A stretch of DNA of 64,000 nucleotides from Podarcis bocagei (taxonomy: Eukaryota): the NCBI GenBank assembly GCA_964188305.1, contig OZ076885.1; one strand, written 5' to 3'. Each line of letters begins with the position of its first letter. The stretch's first letter is position 1. The notes below the pieces were generated by a model that saw only the letters and a list, made by a program, of their open reading frames with translations, did not search any database and was not told the origin of the DNA. The position numbers and the translations under genes are program-made. Positions 13,360 through 25,700 of this stretch are shown here, one piece after another.

Positions 13360-15605
13360 CCTGAAGTGATACATTAAAAAGTATAGAAGTGAAGGAAGCC
13401 GCTTACTTCAGTAGTCAGAAACTAGCTAAGTGGCAACCTAGATTAGAAAGCCTTAATAGCAGAGTTGCCTCTGAACTGCCTGTGGTAAATGCAAAAGGCA
13501 TTGAAAGAGCTTGGGGAGGCCACGAACGCAGTTACTCCTAAGTATCTCTTCAGAGATTATAATAAGCAGATCACATGAAAACTGATTCACATACTGAGGT
13601 TACCAGTGGGTCTAGGTTATGTTGAGTCATGCCCTGATGTGTAGGCGGCACTGGCTACTTTGTTTTTCCGACGGAGGTTAACTCGTCAGACTAGTTTGCG
13701 ATAGTTGGTAGCCTACTGCGTTTTAGTACCATAGCATACTTGGGTGGCCTCATTCTTCCCAGGGATATTCGAGTTTTCCTTCCCATTAATTAGCACACAC
13801 TTCCTATAAAAGGAAATGGATGAACCTTTAGGTATCTAGGGCAGTGTGATCACTATAAATACACTGCTCTTTTAAAAAGGTAACGTGACTGAAGCTGTTC
13901 CTTGAATCAGGAGATTACTGCGGTTGCATATAGGATACTTAAACGAAAAATACATGAAGGTGTTGGGGGTTTTTTGGGAGGGGGGTAAATATTCTTGATT
14001 TTCCAGCGTGCAGAACAGTCTCACAACACAGGCCTCTTCTTCCCATATTGATTTCCAGCCCCTTCAGCCACAGGCATCTTTGAGATGCTCATTGTAAGGC
14101 ATGCTGTGCATTTTGGAGAGCAGAAAGGCTAGTAAAGGAAGGTAGCATCTCTTTGAACTGGGGTAGCTAACAACAACTTATGCCTGTGTATGGCCCTCAA
14201 ATTGGTTTGTTGTGCTCCCCAGTCACTCCCCGAAATGTGTCACTTTTAAAAAAAAAATATTTTTTGGACTGCTGCTATAGGTCTCCAGCTGTGTTGTCAA
14301 ATTATTATTTTTAGTGCTTTTAAAAAATAATAATAATGTAGATTTTTTAATAGACTGATCCCTTAGGTTGTCTGCTGTGATACTGTTATTATTACTATTA
14401 CTTTGCTGACTGCTTCCTGTTGTGACACAGGGACGCCAAAATATTGTGTGACCATCCAAGACCCAAGATCTGCCCATTTTAAATAAAAATGAACGTTTTA
14501 ATATCACCCCCCCCAAAAAAAAATGTTCCCATATGTACATAGGAAAACGGAAAGCTCCCTTATATTGACTATTGATCCATTTAGTTTAGAATTTCTTATA
14601 CTGACTGGTAGCGACTCTCAAGGATGTCAGGCAGCCAACACTCCCAGTGCTACCTGAAATAAACCCAGGGCCTTCTGCACAAGACACAGATGCCCCCATC
14701 CCTGTGCTGTGGTACCCCAATGTGATGCCCAAATGATTTTTGTAGCCCCTCAATGCCCCCCCCCCAACGTATATAACGGCAGTTTAAAAAACAGAGGCAA
14801 AAGGACTCCATAAAACTGAGTGCAATCCAGTTAAAAATAGTTCAGCAGCTTGATAAAATAGAGGCACCAAGGAAAAGGCAACCCAAATATATACCTTTTA
14901 AAGGCCTCTTTGAAGGCTTGTACTGTCAGGGCCATTTGTAATTCATTTGTAAGGGAGTTCTACAACCCAGGAGATGCTCTTGCTTAAAGACGATCTTTCT
15001 TCTAGCAAGCGGAGGCAGCTCTCGTGTATTAAATTGTAATTTATCTCGCACTTCCTTCAGTATCTAAAAAAGGCATCTATATTGAGGTTTTGACAGCCAG
15101 CAGTCAATTAACTAAAAATGAAAAGCAGGTAATTAACCAATTAAAATTCTGTAATCAGTTCACAGCCCCAGTGCTCCTACATTTTGAGCCAATGAAGCAT
15201 TTTAGTTCCTGGGCAGAATAAATCTGGGGGGGGGGGAGATAATGTGGTACAGGTGTAACGTAGTACACCTGTAACTAAAGTGCTGCCTACACCTTCCCAA
15301 GTGCTGCTCTAAGATGCCACCTGGTGGTTGTTTCTGAATGCTGCTGTACACTGAAGTAGGAAGGGGAGGGAGGAGGAGGGGAACGGACTGCAAGGCACAG
15401 GAACAGGGGGAACTGACTATGGCAGTAGTGGATAAACTCATACGTGGAAAAGCAAAGGAACTGGATATTGTGAGCTAGGCTCAGTCCTAGTGGTACAGAA
15501 CACAGAAAGATGGGGGGATTATGAGGTTCAAAACACAGAAATATGGAGTGATTGTGGGGTTCAGAGCAGCAGAAATTAGAAGCCATGAAAGGCGGAATGG
15601 GACTA

Positions 15606-15844
15606 CAGTGGTACCTCGGGTTACATACGCTTCAGGTTACATACTTCAGGTTACAGACTCCGGTAACCCAGAAATAGTGCTTCAGGTTAAGAACTTTGCT
15701 TCAGGATGAGAACAGAAATCGTGCTCCGGCGGTGCGGCAGCAGCAGGAGGCCCCATTAGCTAAGTGGTGCTTCAGGTTAAGAACAGTTTCAGGTTAAGAA
15801 TGGACCTCTAGAACGAATTAAGTACTTAACCCGAGGTACCACTG
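15606..15844. mobile_element. Tc1/mariner-type MITE, family 1 copy b
   Basis: Same TIRs and TA TSD. Confidence 0.9.
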
Positions 15845-15940
15845 TATCATTAGGCTGCCAAAATTGGTTGCCCATAAGAGTGTGGAAAGCGAGCAGCGCC
15901 ACTGTGCTTCCTGACAAGGGTTGTACTGAGAACAGCTGTA

Positions 15941-15972
<32 letters not shown>
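15941..15972. repeat. (ATT)n microsatellite
   Basis: Seen directly. Confidence 0.97.
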
Positions 15973-18340
15973 GCATTCAGGCCTTTCTTGATGACATCTC
16001 TGTCTCTCTCTGGCATTCTGATTTGTTTGTGAGGCAGTTATATAACACTGATGGTGCATTCGCCCTGATCTGCTCCTGGTGAGTTGTCATTACTCATTCA
16101 TTCATCCCACACTTTCCAGTACATTTTCCCATCAGTTTCCAAACTGTGAAAAGTCCTGTTTCTTTTTCGATGGGGATTTGTTGCACTAGGGTGGCAGAGC
16201 CCTTTAATCCAATTTAATTGGAGAAGCCAGGTTTCGGAATGCTCTTAGATCCCTCTTGCAAAACAGCAACAATTAGAAAATGGAAATAAATGGGATGTCA
16301 ATGTGTTTTGCATCATTACCAAAAATAAGTCTGGTTCCTTCAAAGGGAGCCACAATAACCTACCCTGCCATTTGCATCCGTGAGTCATTTGCAATGACTG
16401 TTTGCTTGTTATTTATCAAACATGTTAAATTTGTATCTTATCTTTCCCACCAAATGATGTTCAGGGTGGCTAACAGCAACAATACACGTACAATGACACA
16501 GCAATAAATGTAACAACACAAATCAGGTAGAGCATCACTAAAAAAATTAAAAACAAATTACAACATACTTACAAATCAGTTTATGGTTCAAAGTCCTGTC
16601 TAAATAAAGAGGTCTTTAACTGCTGGCAGAAAGTCATCAGAGATGGAGCTAGCTGGACCCCTCTTGGTAAGAGACCCTAGACATTTAGAGCTACCACAGA
16701 GAAGGCGCCATCTTGAGTTACCACCACATGAGCATCAGATGTTTGTGGGGCAGACAAAATGGCCTCTCCCAAGGATCTATGGACATCACTGTTAGTTTGA
16801 CAGGAGCACTTGCTCCTGTTGTTTTTTATTTCAGGGGTTTATTACAGCTCAGCAGCAGTCATCTTTCTCCACCAATCTTCCTCCTCAACAATACCAATTA
16901 TTTTCATTTCACAATATTATCACACAACTTGTAATGGTTAATCTCTTGCTCTGGAACAGAATCATGTTTCAGGGTGGTGCTTAATATGTCTTTTGGATTA
17001 ACACAGGCCTACCTGAATCCCTGAAAATTAACCAAAAGCTGCTAAATTAAGTTCACTGCATTCCGTGCTCAAGTAAAAGAAAATATGCCTGAGCATTTTC
17101 TACTTTTTTTTTAAGAGGACAGGAAATTTTGGGGGCAAACATATAGATACTATTATTAAGCTGTTCATGAGGAAAGAAAAAGAAAGATGATAGTATTCCA
17201 ACCATTTCTACTTTTAGCTTATTTTGTTAAAGAAGAGGGATACAATAATGACAAAAGCAGCCCTGTTCAGGCAACATAGATATGCTGGTTACGCATGGAG
17301 ACATGAGGGTAGTGTTGGGATTGTATCTGAAAGTACACCCTTCTATATAGGAGGAGAAGGCTATTGATAGCTACCAGGCATGAGGGCTGGAGGCAGTAAT
17401 GATTCTGAATACCAATTTGCCACAGGAGAGAAGAGTGCTCTTGTGTTCAAATCCTGCTTGCTGGCTTTCCACAAGCATCTGATTGGCCACTGTGAGAACA
17501 GAATGCTAGACTAGATGGGGCATTGGCATGATCCATGTTCTTATGTACATTCATGGTAATCTCTGGCTGGAATTTACACATATACAACATATTGTACTTC
17601 CAATCTGTACCTTGTGTGTACTTTGAATGTGTGAGTGCTATGTTCAGAAGCTATTATGGATATGCACAGAAGAACAGGGCCAACAGAAACCATTTTGAAC
17701 CCCCCTTGCCATGCTTAGTCAGCATGAATATGTTTACTCAACAGGATAAACAAGCTAATTTCTATAGCTGACACAGGGCCATTTGCTGTGGATCACTTTC
17801 GTTCTTGTCTTCTGGGAAGGTTTCCTTCCTTTTCTGGCTCTTCCCTCACCGTGTTCATTTGTTTTGATTTGAATCAGATGGCCTTCACTGAAGCTTAGTC
17901 ACATCATTGTGTAAATACAGGCTGAAGAAATGGCAGGCCCCCAAAGAGACATTAAAAAAAGAAAAAAGAGCAACAGTACTGTCAGCAACAAAAGCCAGCT
18001 CCTTCCAAGGCCAATTTGCGATCCAAAACCAAATACTGTGAAAATTCGTTGCAGAACCATGTATGTGCACTAGGAAATATCAGTCTAGTATTTTGGCCAT
18101 AGATAACTTTACAGGCTCCAGTTGCAATAAATAAGTAGTACTGCTGATTTATCTTCTCCCTGGACAAAGTATTGTATGTGTTCAATCTTCTTCTGTAAAC
18201 TATTTTGTATGTGTCATTCAGCCCACATCATAAATAACCCTTGTGAATGAAATTCACCATTAATTTGTGCCGTATCTCTCATCTGTATAGAGCTGTCAAA
18301 TTATTGCAGTTCTATCCCTACCATCTTATCCACGCCCTAG

Positions 18341-18788
18341 TGTCAGGAGCTCGTCCTACTCTTGAGTAGGACCCTGGCAGAGACACATGCCCGACTGGCA
18401 TGTTCCCTCCCTCCTGGTTGATGGTTCAGGAGCTCCATATGCTTTCTTCAGCCTGAACATCACAGCGACCAATGCCAACAGACATTGGCACACTTAGGGA
18501 TCTGCAGAGTCTTTGCAGCTTGTGTAACAGACCTCAGCAACTCAGCATTTTGGCTAATCTACTTTATTTACACATAAACACACATGGAGCACTGCAACAT
18601 GGCTCCCTCTCTCTCTAGCATCAGAAAGCAAAGAGTGAAAGAACAAAGGACAATAGTCCCACTTCATGGAACACAGTAACACAAACATCCTGTCTCCGTG
18701 ACTTCCCACTCTGTGGAGTCAAAACATACACCCATCATGTGAAAGACAACAATCCTATGACTGCAATCACGGAGCAGGAATTCTAACA
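18341..18788 (-). mobile_element. Solo LTR (448 bp)
   Basis: TGTCAGGA...TTCTAACA termini, 5-bp TSD CCTAG (18336-18340, 18789-18793), minus-strand AATAAA near 18563. Confidence 0.8.
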
Positions 18789-19608
18789 CCTAGTTCCTAA
18801 AATCTTACACAATAAAACAAAAATAAACCTGGAAGATTATGCATGTTCCTCTGGTCTAAAACAGGATATCGTTATGATTCTTTCCCTTCATTCCCTGGGC
18901 TGTGAGAAGTTCCAGGGGCACAGCACTTACCCAGGTTTGGTTTTCTTTGGAAGGAGGCCACTAGTGGCTTCTGGAAATTTTGTAATGTTTGAGCTTATTT
19001 ATAAATATGCATGTGGAGCTCAAGTGAGGGCACAGCTTAAGCACTCCAACAGAGAACTAAATCCATTACCTCTCATCAGATCTTGAGCGAGGGACTGGCA
19101 GCATGCACACACATACACACACCACTTACAATCAGTGCTATTTTTCCAGAAAAAAGAGGTGCCGAAATTCACTATGAACACCTCCCTTGTTCTCTTATAA
19201 TGGTGCCCACATGAAGGGTGCCAGAACTGAGTTCCAGTGAGTTCCAGCTGAAAAAAGTCCTATTTACAATATTTCATATTCTGTCATCTCTCTCCCTTTC
19301 TCTGACTCCCACTTTAAAAGTGTTTCTATTACGCTTTGTTTGTGACTCGCTTGCCACCTCCCTCTGGCTGGAGGTAGTGCTGTCTTGAGCAACAGCTGCA
19401 AAGGATTGCCTTTAAACATGCAGTCTCCTCTTCTGGGTACCTCCAGACTATCACTCTTTTGCAGGAGGGATTAAAGCACATACTTTAAATTAAGGTTTGA
19501 ACAATTCAAATTGAAGTGCTCTGTCACCCTAATTGCAAAACACCTACTTCGGAAAAAGAATCAGTGCGGAAAACGACAGGAGAATCCACTGAAAAGTGTG
19601 GGATAAAC

Positions 19609-19743
19609 ATGACTAATGGGAAAATGAAGAAAAAACACTCACAAACAAATCAGGATGAATGCTCATTGCTGGATAATCTCCCCACAAACAAATTAGAATG
19701 GATACTCAATAAAGATTGGCTACAACCTCCAGATAAGCTTTGT
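19609..19743 (+). CDS. TRPM5: TRPM5 candidate upstream coding exon A (MTNGKMKKK...PPDKLC)
   Basis: First in-frame ATG (AACATGA) after in-frame stops at 19486 and 19498; donor TGT|GTAAGC is phase 0; candidate acceptor ttttgcag| at 19464. Confidence 0.5.
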
Positions 19744-22700
19744 GTAAGCAAATCAGGATGACTGCTCAATAAGCCGATTGTCGTAGGAGACCTCTTAACT
19801 GGTTTCTTTTTTCAATAATGTTACTGTGAAATATTAGTAACTAGAATGCTGTAAACTAAATATAGCTTGACTTCTTTTCTCTCCCCTGCCCAGAATATTG
19901 TTCTCCAAGCCTTTAGAAGAAGAGAAAGCATCTCAAATGATAACATGGACTTAAGTGGTAAAGTGTAAGTTCATTTGTGACGATCTTAAAGAATTAAGAA
20001 AAAGGCAGCAAGTATGGTTTAAAAGTGTCTTTTGTTCTTCAGCCATGCATACATACGAATTCAGATGCACATATATAACATAAAATGCATTAGATCATGT
20101 ATGCACTTTATATATAGCCATGTAAATGCTCCTAAAATAGTGAACTTGAGCCATCACGATTACATTCACATTTTTAAAAATATGACTTTGGATGAAATTC
20201 CATTACACTTTTGTTATAAAGCCCCATCATTGAAGTCACTCATCTTTTAATTATCTTACTTCAGGGAAGCCAGTCAGGCTGATGATCCCTCAGTGGTCCC
20301 AAAGGAGCACTCACAAGCAAAACTGCACAATAATGAGAAAGAAGGAGCTTTTCAAAGGGAATTGCCATATTGCACAGGAGAAATCGACTTCATGGCTTCT
20401 GGAAAGAAACGTGGAAAGGTAGCACAAAACCTCTCACTGGGGGGGGGACATGAAGGTCTTTTAAGATGGGAATTCTACTATTTTTACTCTAAAAATCTTA
20501 TTTCTTTCATCCTTTGTATATTTTTGTACTTTGTGCTAACATTCAAGATATGGGATCAACTCTGCGAAGAAGCTCTAAAAACACATTTGAAACAATTCAC
20601 ATACCTAAAAACAAAACAAAACAAAAACCAGTGATCTCAGATACAATGAGCCTGTGATTCACAAAACATTTAAGTCAGGACATTTACCTTTCAGCAGGTG
20701 TGCACCTTGATCTTGATCTTATACATAGTTGCTTAGTAGTCACCCCTGCTACATCTGATGGGTTTTTACTGCCTAATGAATCTACTCAGGGGACTGCCTT
20801 CTCCATGGGTAGAGAGGGAGTTCTGCAGGCATAGTCTATGGGCAAAGCCCACCCATCACATGATAACAGAAAGCTACTGGTGCTATTCTGCTGGTGAAAC
20901 ACCATAGGAAATTGGTTCAAAAATGGGGTATGCTAAGGGCAGATTAGGGGAGGCCTTGGATGTCCCAACATGCCCCCCGCAAAGGCAAAAAACTACTCCA
21001 GACCTGGAGCTGGCACAGTCATCCACTCCCCCTCATTCATGTCAATGGGAGAGACACCAAAGGGAAAACACTTGGGGAGGGATGGGAAAAGTTGCCCTCC
21101 ACCTTCTGCTCTGGTAGGAGCAAGCAACAGGACACAGCTGTTCCTCCACTGAAGGATCTCCCAGCCATTTTCTGGGTCATTTTCTGTTCTGCTTTTGGCA
21201 GTAAACTATCTTGAGCTAGCCCAAAGCATGTGAAAGGCAGAGCGGCTTTTGACTTGACTTCTAGAGTTCCCTGTGGCGCTCACCTCTTTTCTGAATGCCC
21301 CTTTCTTGGTTACAGTTTATTAAGGTGCCATGTGCCATCCACCCTGGAGTTATATTTGACGTCATGATTAACAAGTGGAACCTTCCTGCTCCCAACCTGG
21401 TTGTCTCTTTAGTAGGAGAAGAAGAGAACTTTCAGATGAAACCTTGGCTGCGTGACACCTTCAGAAAAGGACTGGTGAAGGCTGCGCAAAGCACTGGTCG
21501 GTTCCACACCGTGAAATGGGAAAGTAGTTGTTTACATCCCTGTCAAATATGATTCCTACTTAATAAGGGGGAAATTTCCTAAAAGTTCTGCATGTTAATA
21601 GTGGCTCAGCTTTTTATCAAAAGAGTTCTACCCCTGTTTATTCAATATGATAAATCTTTCTGAAAACTAGGCCATGTGAATGAGTCAACATCAGATTATC
21701 AACATGGCATGATTCAAGCATAAGTAGTATCATTTGTTTGAGTCACAGCTCCCCTTGTTTTTAAGCATATATTTAATCCAATGTTTTGCTCCTGAGCTAT
21801 AGAGAAATAACCATTGAAAGAGAGGGTACATCCTGGTGTAAGGGGGGGGGGGTGTTTGAACTGCAGGTTAACCTGGAATATACTTATTTGTCATCCCAGA
21901 TTTGTGAGCCTGGCAGCATGCATGTCACCAACACAAGCCATTCTTAACAGATTGTTTAAGGTCAGTTTAGAGGGAATGTAGGATGGTGCTGGCATCGGAG
22001 CATTTGAGCTGAGATTTGAACTTTGCCAAAATTCAACCCTAGCTAGCAGGACCATGATGGGAATTGTCATCCAAAAACCTGAATACCCAAGTTTGGGAAG
22101 CCCTTAACATCTTACGCTTGTAAAATTTTGTTTCAGGTGCATGGATCTTTACCAGTGCCTTGCGTGTTGGAATAACAAAACATATAGGGCAAGCGGTTCG
22201 GGATCACATGCTGGCAAGTACTTCCTCCACAGTAAAAGTGGTTGCGATAGGAATAACTTCACTGGGGAAAATTCGCCACAGAGAACTTCTGGATAATGCC
22301 AAGGTATATTTTCCGCCGAGGAAAACAGAGAAAGGATGTAGAAGTTTTGCCTGAAAACAATTGTAACCCTTGGGTCCCATTGACCAGGTGGCAGAATAGT
22401 GCTGTGCAGACTCCCTAAGTCACAAATCAGTTCTCAGGGTTTGTTGGATAGATTTTCATTTTACTGCCATGCATGCACATATATTTATATAGCGTGCGCA
22501 CACAAACATCATGGGTTTTTGAGCGTTAATAGTAAGACTTTACAGCTTTATACCTGAACAGAGAATGCAAACTCCTGTCCTTCCTATACTGTACTATCTG
22601 GTGAATGTGCTTTGAAGCCTGCATGAGCCACAACCCTGGTAATGCACGTTCCTGATTGCACAGGCAGGGGTGTTCCGAGGCGGAGGGCAATCTGCCCCGG

Positions 22701-25700
22701 GTGCTATTCCAAAGGGGGGGCACACAAAATGCCGACCCCCAATTGGCACCTCCCAGGTTGCGCACCACTCGCTATGCACCCCCTGGGACTCGCGCCACAC
22801 ACCCCGTAGGCGGCGCACCCCCCAGGACACACGCCACTCCCCCTCCGATGTGTACTGGAGCAGGCTGCTCCGCCTCTGCGCACAGGAGCTCCTAAACACA
22901 TGCAGCTGAACACATGCAGAAGTGCCCGTTAGACCTCCTTCCTCAGACCAGACAACTCAGGGAACTGTGGTTTGTTTAAACTCTAGTTAGTGAGAACAAG
23001 CGAGGAGCTAACCGTGGTTCTGGTTTCTGCACAAGCTACAATTTAAACAAGCCGCAGGTCTCTGTGTTCAGTTGTCATAGGGAACTGTGGTTTGTTGAAA
23101 ACTGTAGGAGATGCTTCTAATCTTTTACTCTGGCACTCAATAGAGAAGAGGGGTGAGCATGTGACCCTGATGCATGCTGCAGCTCATCCACATTGTGGGA
23201 AGCCATGGTTTCCCACTAGGCTTGAACCAGACCAATGTTTTCATACAAAAAACAATCTCTCCTTTTCCCTAGGATGACAGCCTTATAAGCTACAAATCTG
23301 ACCACAGTGCCCAAGGTCCTCTATATTTTCTTGACAACCACCACTCTCATTTTATCTTGGTGGATGAAAAAGACCCGAATGAGCTGGATGGGACTACAAG
23401 GCTACGTCTCACCTTCGAGAAACACATTTCAGAACAGCGCACTGGCTACGGAGGTGGGCAGATGTGTAAAAGGAAAGATGAGACCTAGATTATTTTATTA
23501 CTTGGGTTCCTTGCAATTACAAGGACATTTGCTTAAATACAGATGATAGGATTATTATTTATAATAGTCTACTACTGATATCATATATATATTATCTTGC
23601 CTTTTATTATCCCAGCAAAGATTAAATGGACCCCATTTCCCAATAAATTAGTTGTCTTTTCATTTGCCTTCCCTTACTCTTATCAAATTTGTCAGTCTGA
23701 CCACATAAGCCTGAGGAGATTTCACCCCTCCCATTGCCGTCTCCCAGGCTTTAGATAATCAAAAGTCAGTAGAGGGTGACAGAGGGCTTTTCTGTTTTTG
23801 ACAAATCACTATTTTGGTTGCTTTTAACAAGTGAGCTGGCAGTTCAAAATCCTCCTCTAGTATAACACCCTTAAGATATCCAAACAATATCCAGCAAGGA
23901 GTCTGAAGAGCACAGAAGGCTAATAGCATTCAATGCAATTTCTGGTGGCTGAATGTAGGATAGGATAACCTTACAATGGATATCCCCATACTATGTCATT
24001 ATCTTTTAACTATGTATAAAAAATATACCATAGCCTGTTGTTGTCCTTGCCGGGGAGAAGCAGGGTTGATATGCTTGCAGATGGGGGAAACAAATGAACA
24101 GCTGAGATAATAGAACTGCATAGATTTTATTAACTTAAATATTTAATCCTCTATTGATCTAGGAACAGGCAGCATTGAAATCCCTGTGCTCTGCTTGCTT
24201 GTGAATGGAAGACCGAACATACTCGAGGTAAAGAGCCAATCATCTTGTTTAAATAAGAGAGGAAGCTATTTAAGCAAATATTCAGGTGCCTTACACTTAG
24301 CCGAACAGTGTGCAAGACACGAAATGTAGACCAAGAAAAATAATGGCTCCAAGCCTGCTTTTTTTGCTGATAAGTGACAGAAAAAGATTCAAAAGTCACA
24401 GAGGGACCGCACTTTTATTGGGAGTAACTCAAATGTTCCAAAATAGTGAGCAAGCCTTTGAGTTCTCTAGAACTTATCTGTAGGCTGGATAGTTAATAAA
24501 ACAAGAGAGGAAGGAGAGAAGGAGTTGGACACAATGTTGAAGTCCAAAAAGCTAAAGGCGGCTCAACAGGTAGATTCACCTCTGTTTGGTGCAGACAAAG
24601 GCACCACCAGCACACAGCACAGGGATTGCCCACACTTCTGCTTGTTCCATGCCTAGAAAGCATAGGTCCAAGAAGTTTTATGTTTGCGCCATCTCTTTCC
24701 CCAAGAAAACCCGCTCTTTAGCGCTGGATCGGAGCAAATGTCAATCCACCGAAAACCCGACTGATGTTTTCTCCAGTTCAGCGGTAAAGATCGGGTTTCC
24801 CAGGTGAGAAGTAGCAGGGCAAGTGGAAGTCTGGACGAGGCTATAGCTGAGTATGAGCCAGAGTTCCTTGTAAGGTATGTTTATGTGGTTGCCAGCTAGT
24901 GACCAAAAGGCAAAGGGGTTTTTGAGAAAAAGCGGGAACAGAACATGCTCGAGGCCCATCTTCTTGGGAGTTGTTCAAAGATGGATGCCAGACTGGAAAC
25001 TGTGCTACAGAAACCAAGAAATAAAACCAGCTATTGTTCATCTTACAGTTCCAGCATGGCCCCCTGCTCTTGACAGCTGTGGGAAGCCCTTTAATTTGTT
25101 TTGAATTTTGTTTTGGGCCCAACTCTGAAAGGAATGTGGGGCCCTGGCAGCTGGACTTACCAGCTGGATTCAGTTCATGGCATCTCCAAGAAATGCTGAG
25201 AAAGACTCCTGCCCAGAGCCCCGGGGAGCTGCTGCCAATCATGGCAGACAGTACTCAGCTAGACGTACCAATCATCTGACTCGATATAAGATGAGCTTCC
25301 TATGTACTGTCACCATTTACATTCTCCCCCACAATGTGGCGCCAGTGATACAGAAAGGGGAAATTCAAATGACACTGGCAAAAACAGTGTCATGGGCCTG
25401 GCATCCTTGTCAGTGGCATTGCTGCTATGCCAGTCGTTCAGAAAGAGCAACCTGGTGGCACTGCTGACCCTGGAGAACTGGGTCTGCATTACTAGACTCA
25501 TCAGTGCTGACACCATTTTCATTTTCTCCCAGTGCCAGAGCAATGCCCATGACCCTGGAGTGTCATTTCACATGAAGGTAGTTCTTGGAAAATGTTATTC
25601 AACAATGGCTAAAGACAACATTTTTTTATGAATGCAAAACCACTTCAGCACATGTGCTTGTCCAGCTACTGAAAAAGAAAAAAAGCTTTTCGATTGAAGA

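Noticed and set aside
1-18300. KCNQ1 exons or another host gene upstream of TRPM5
   Set aside because: No ORF or exon with recognisable host-protein homology; the short ORFs fit chance or transposon relics.
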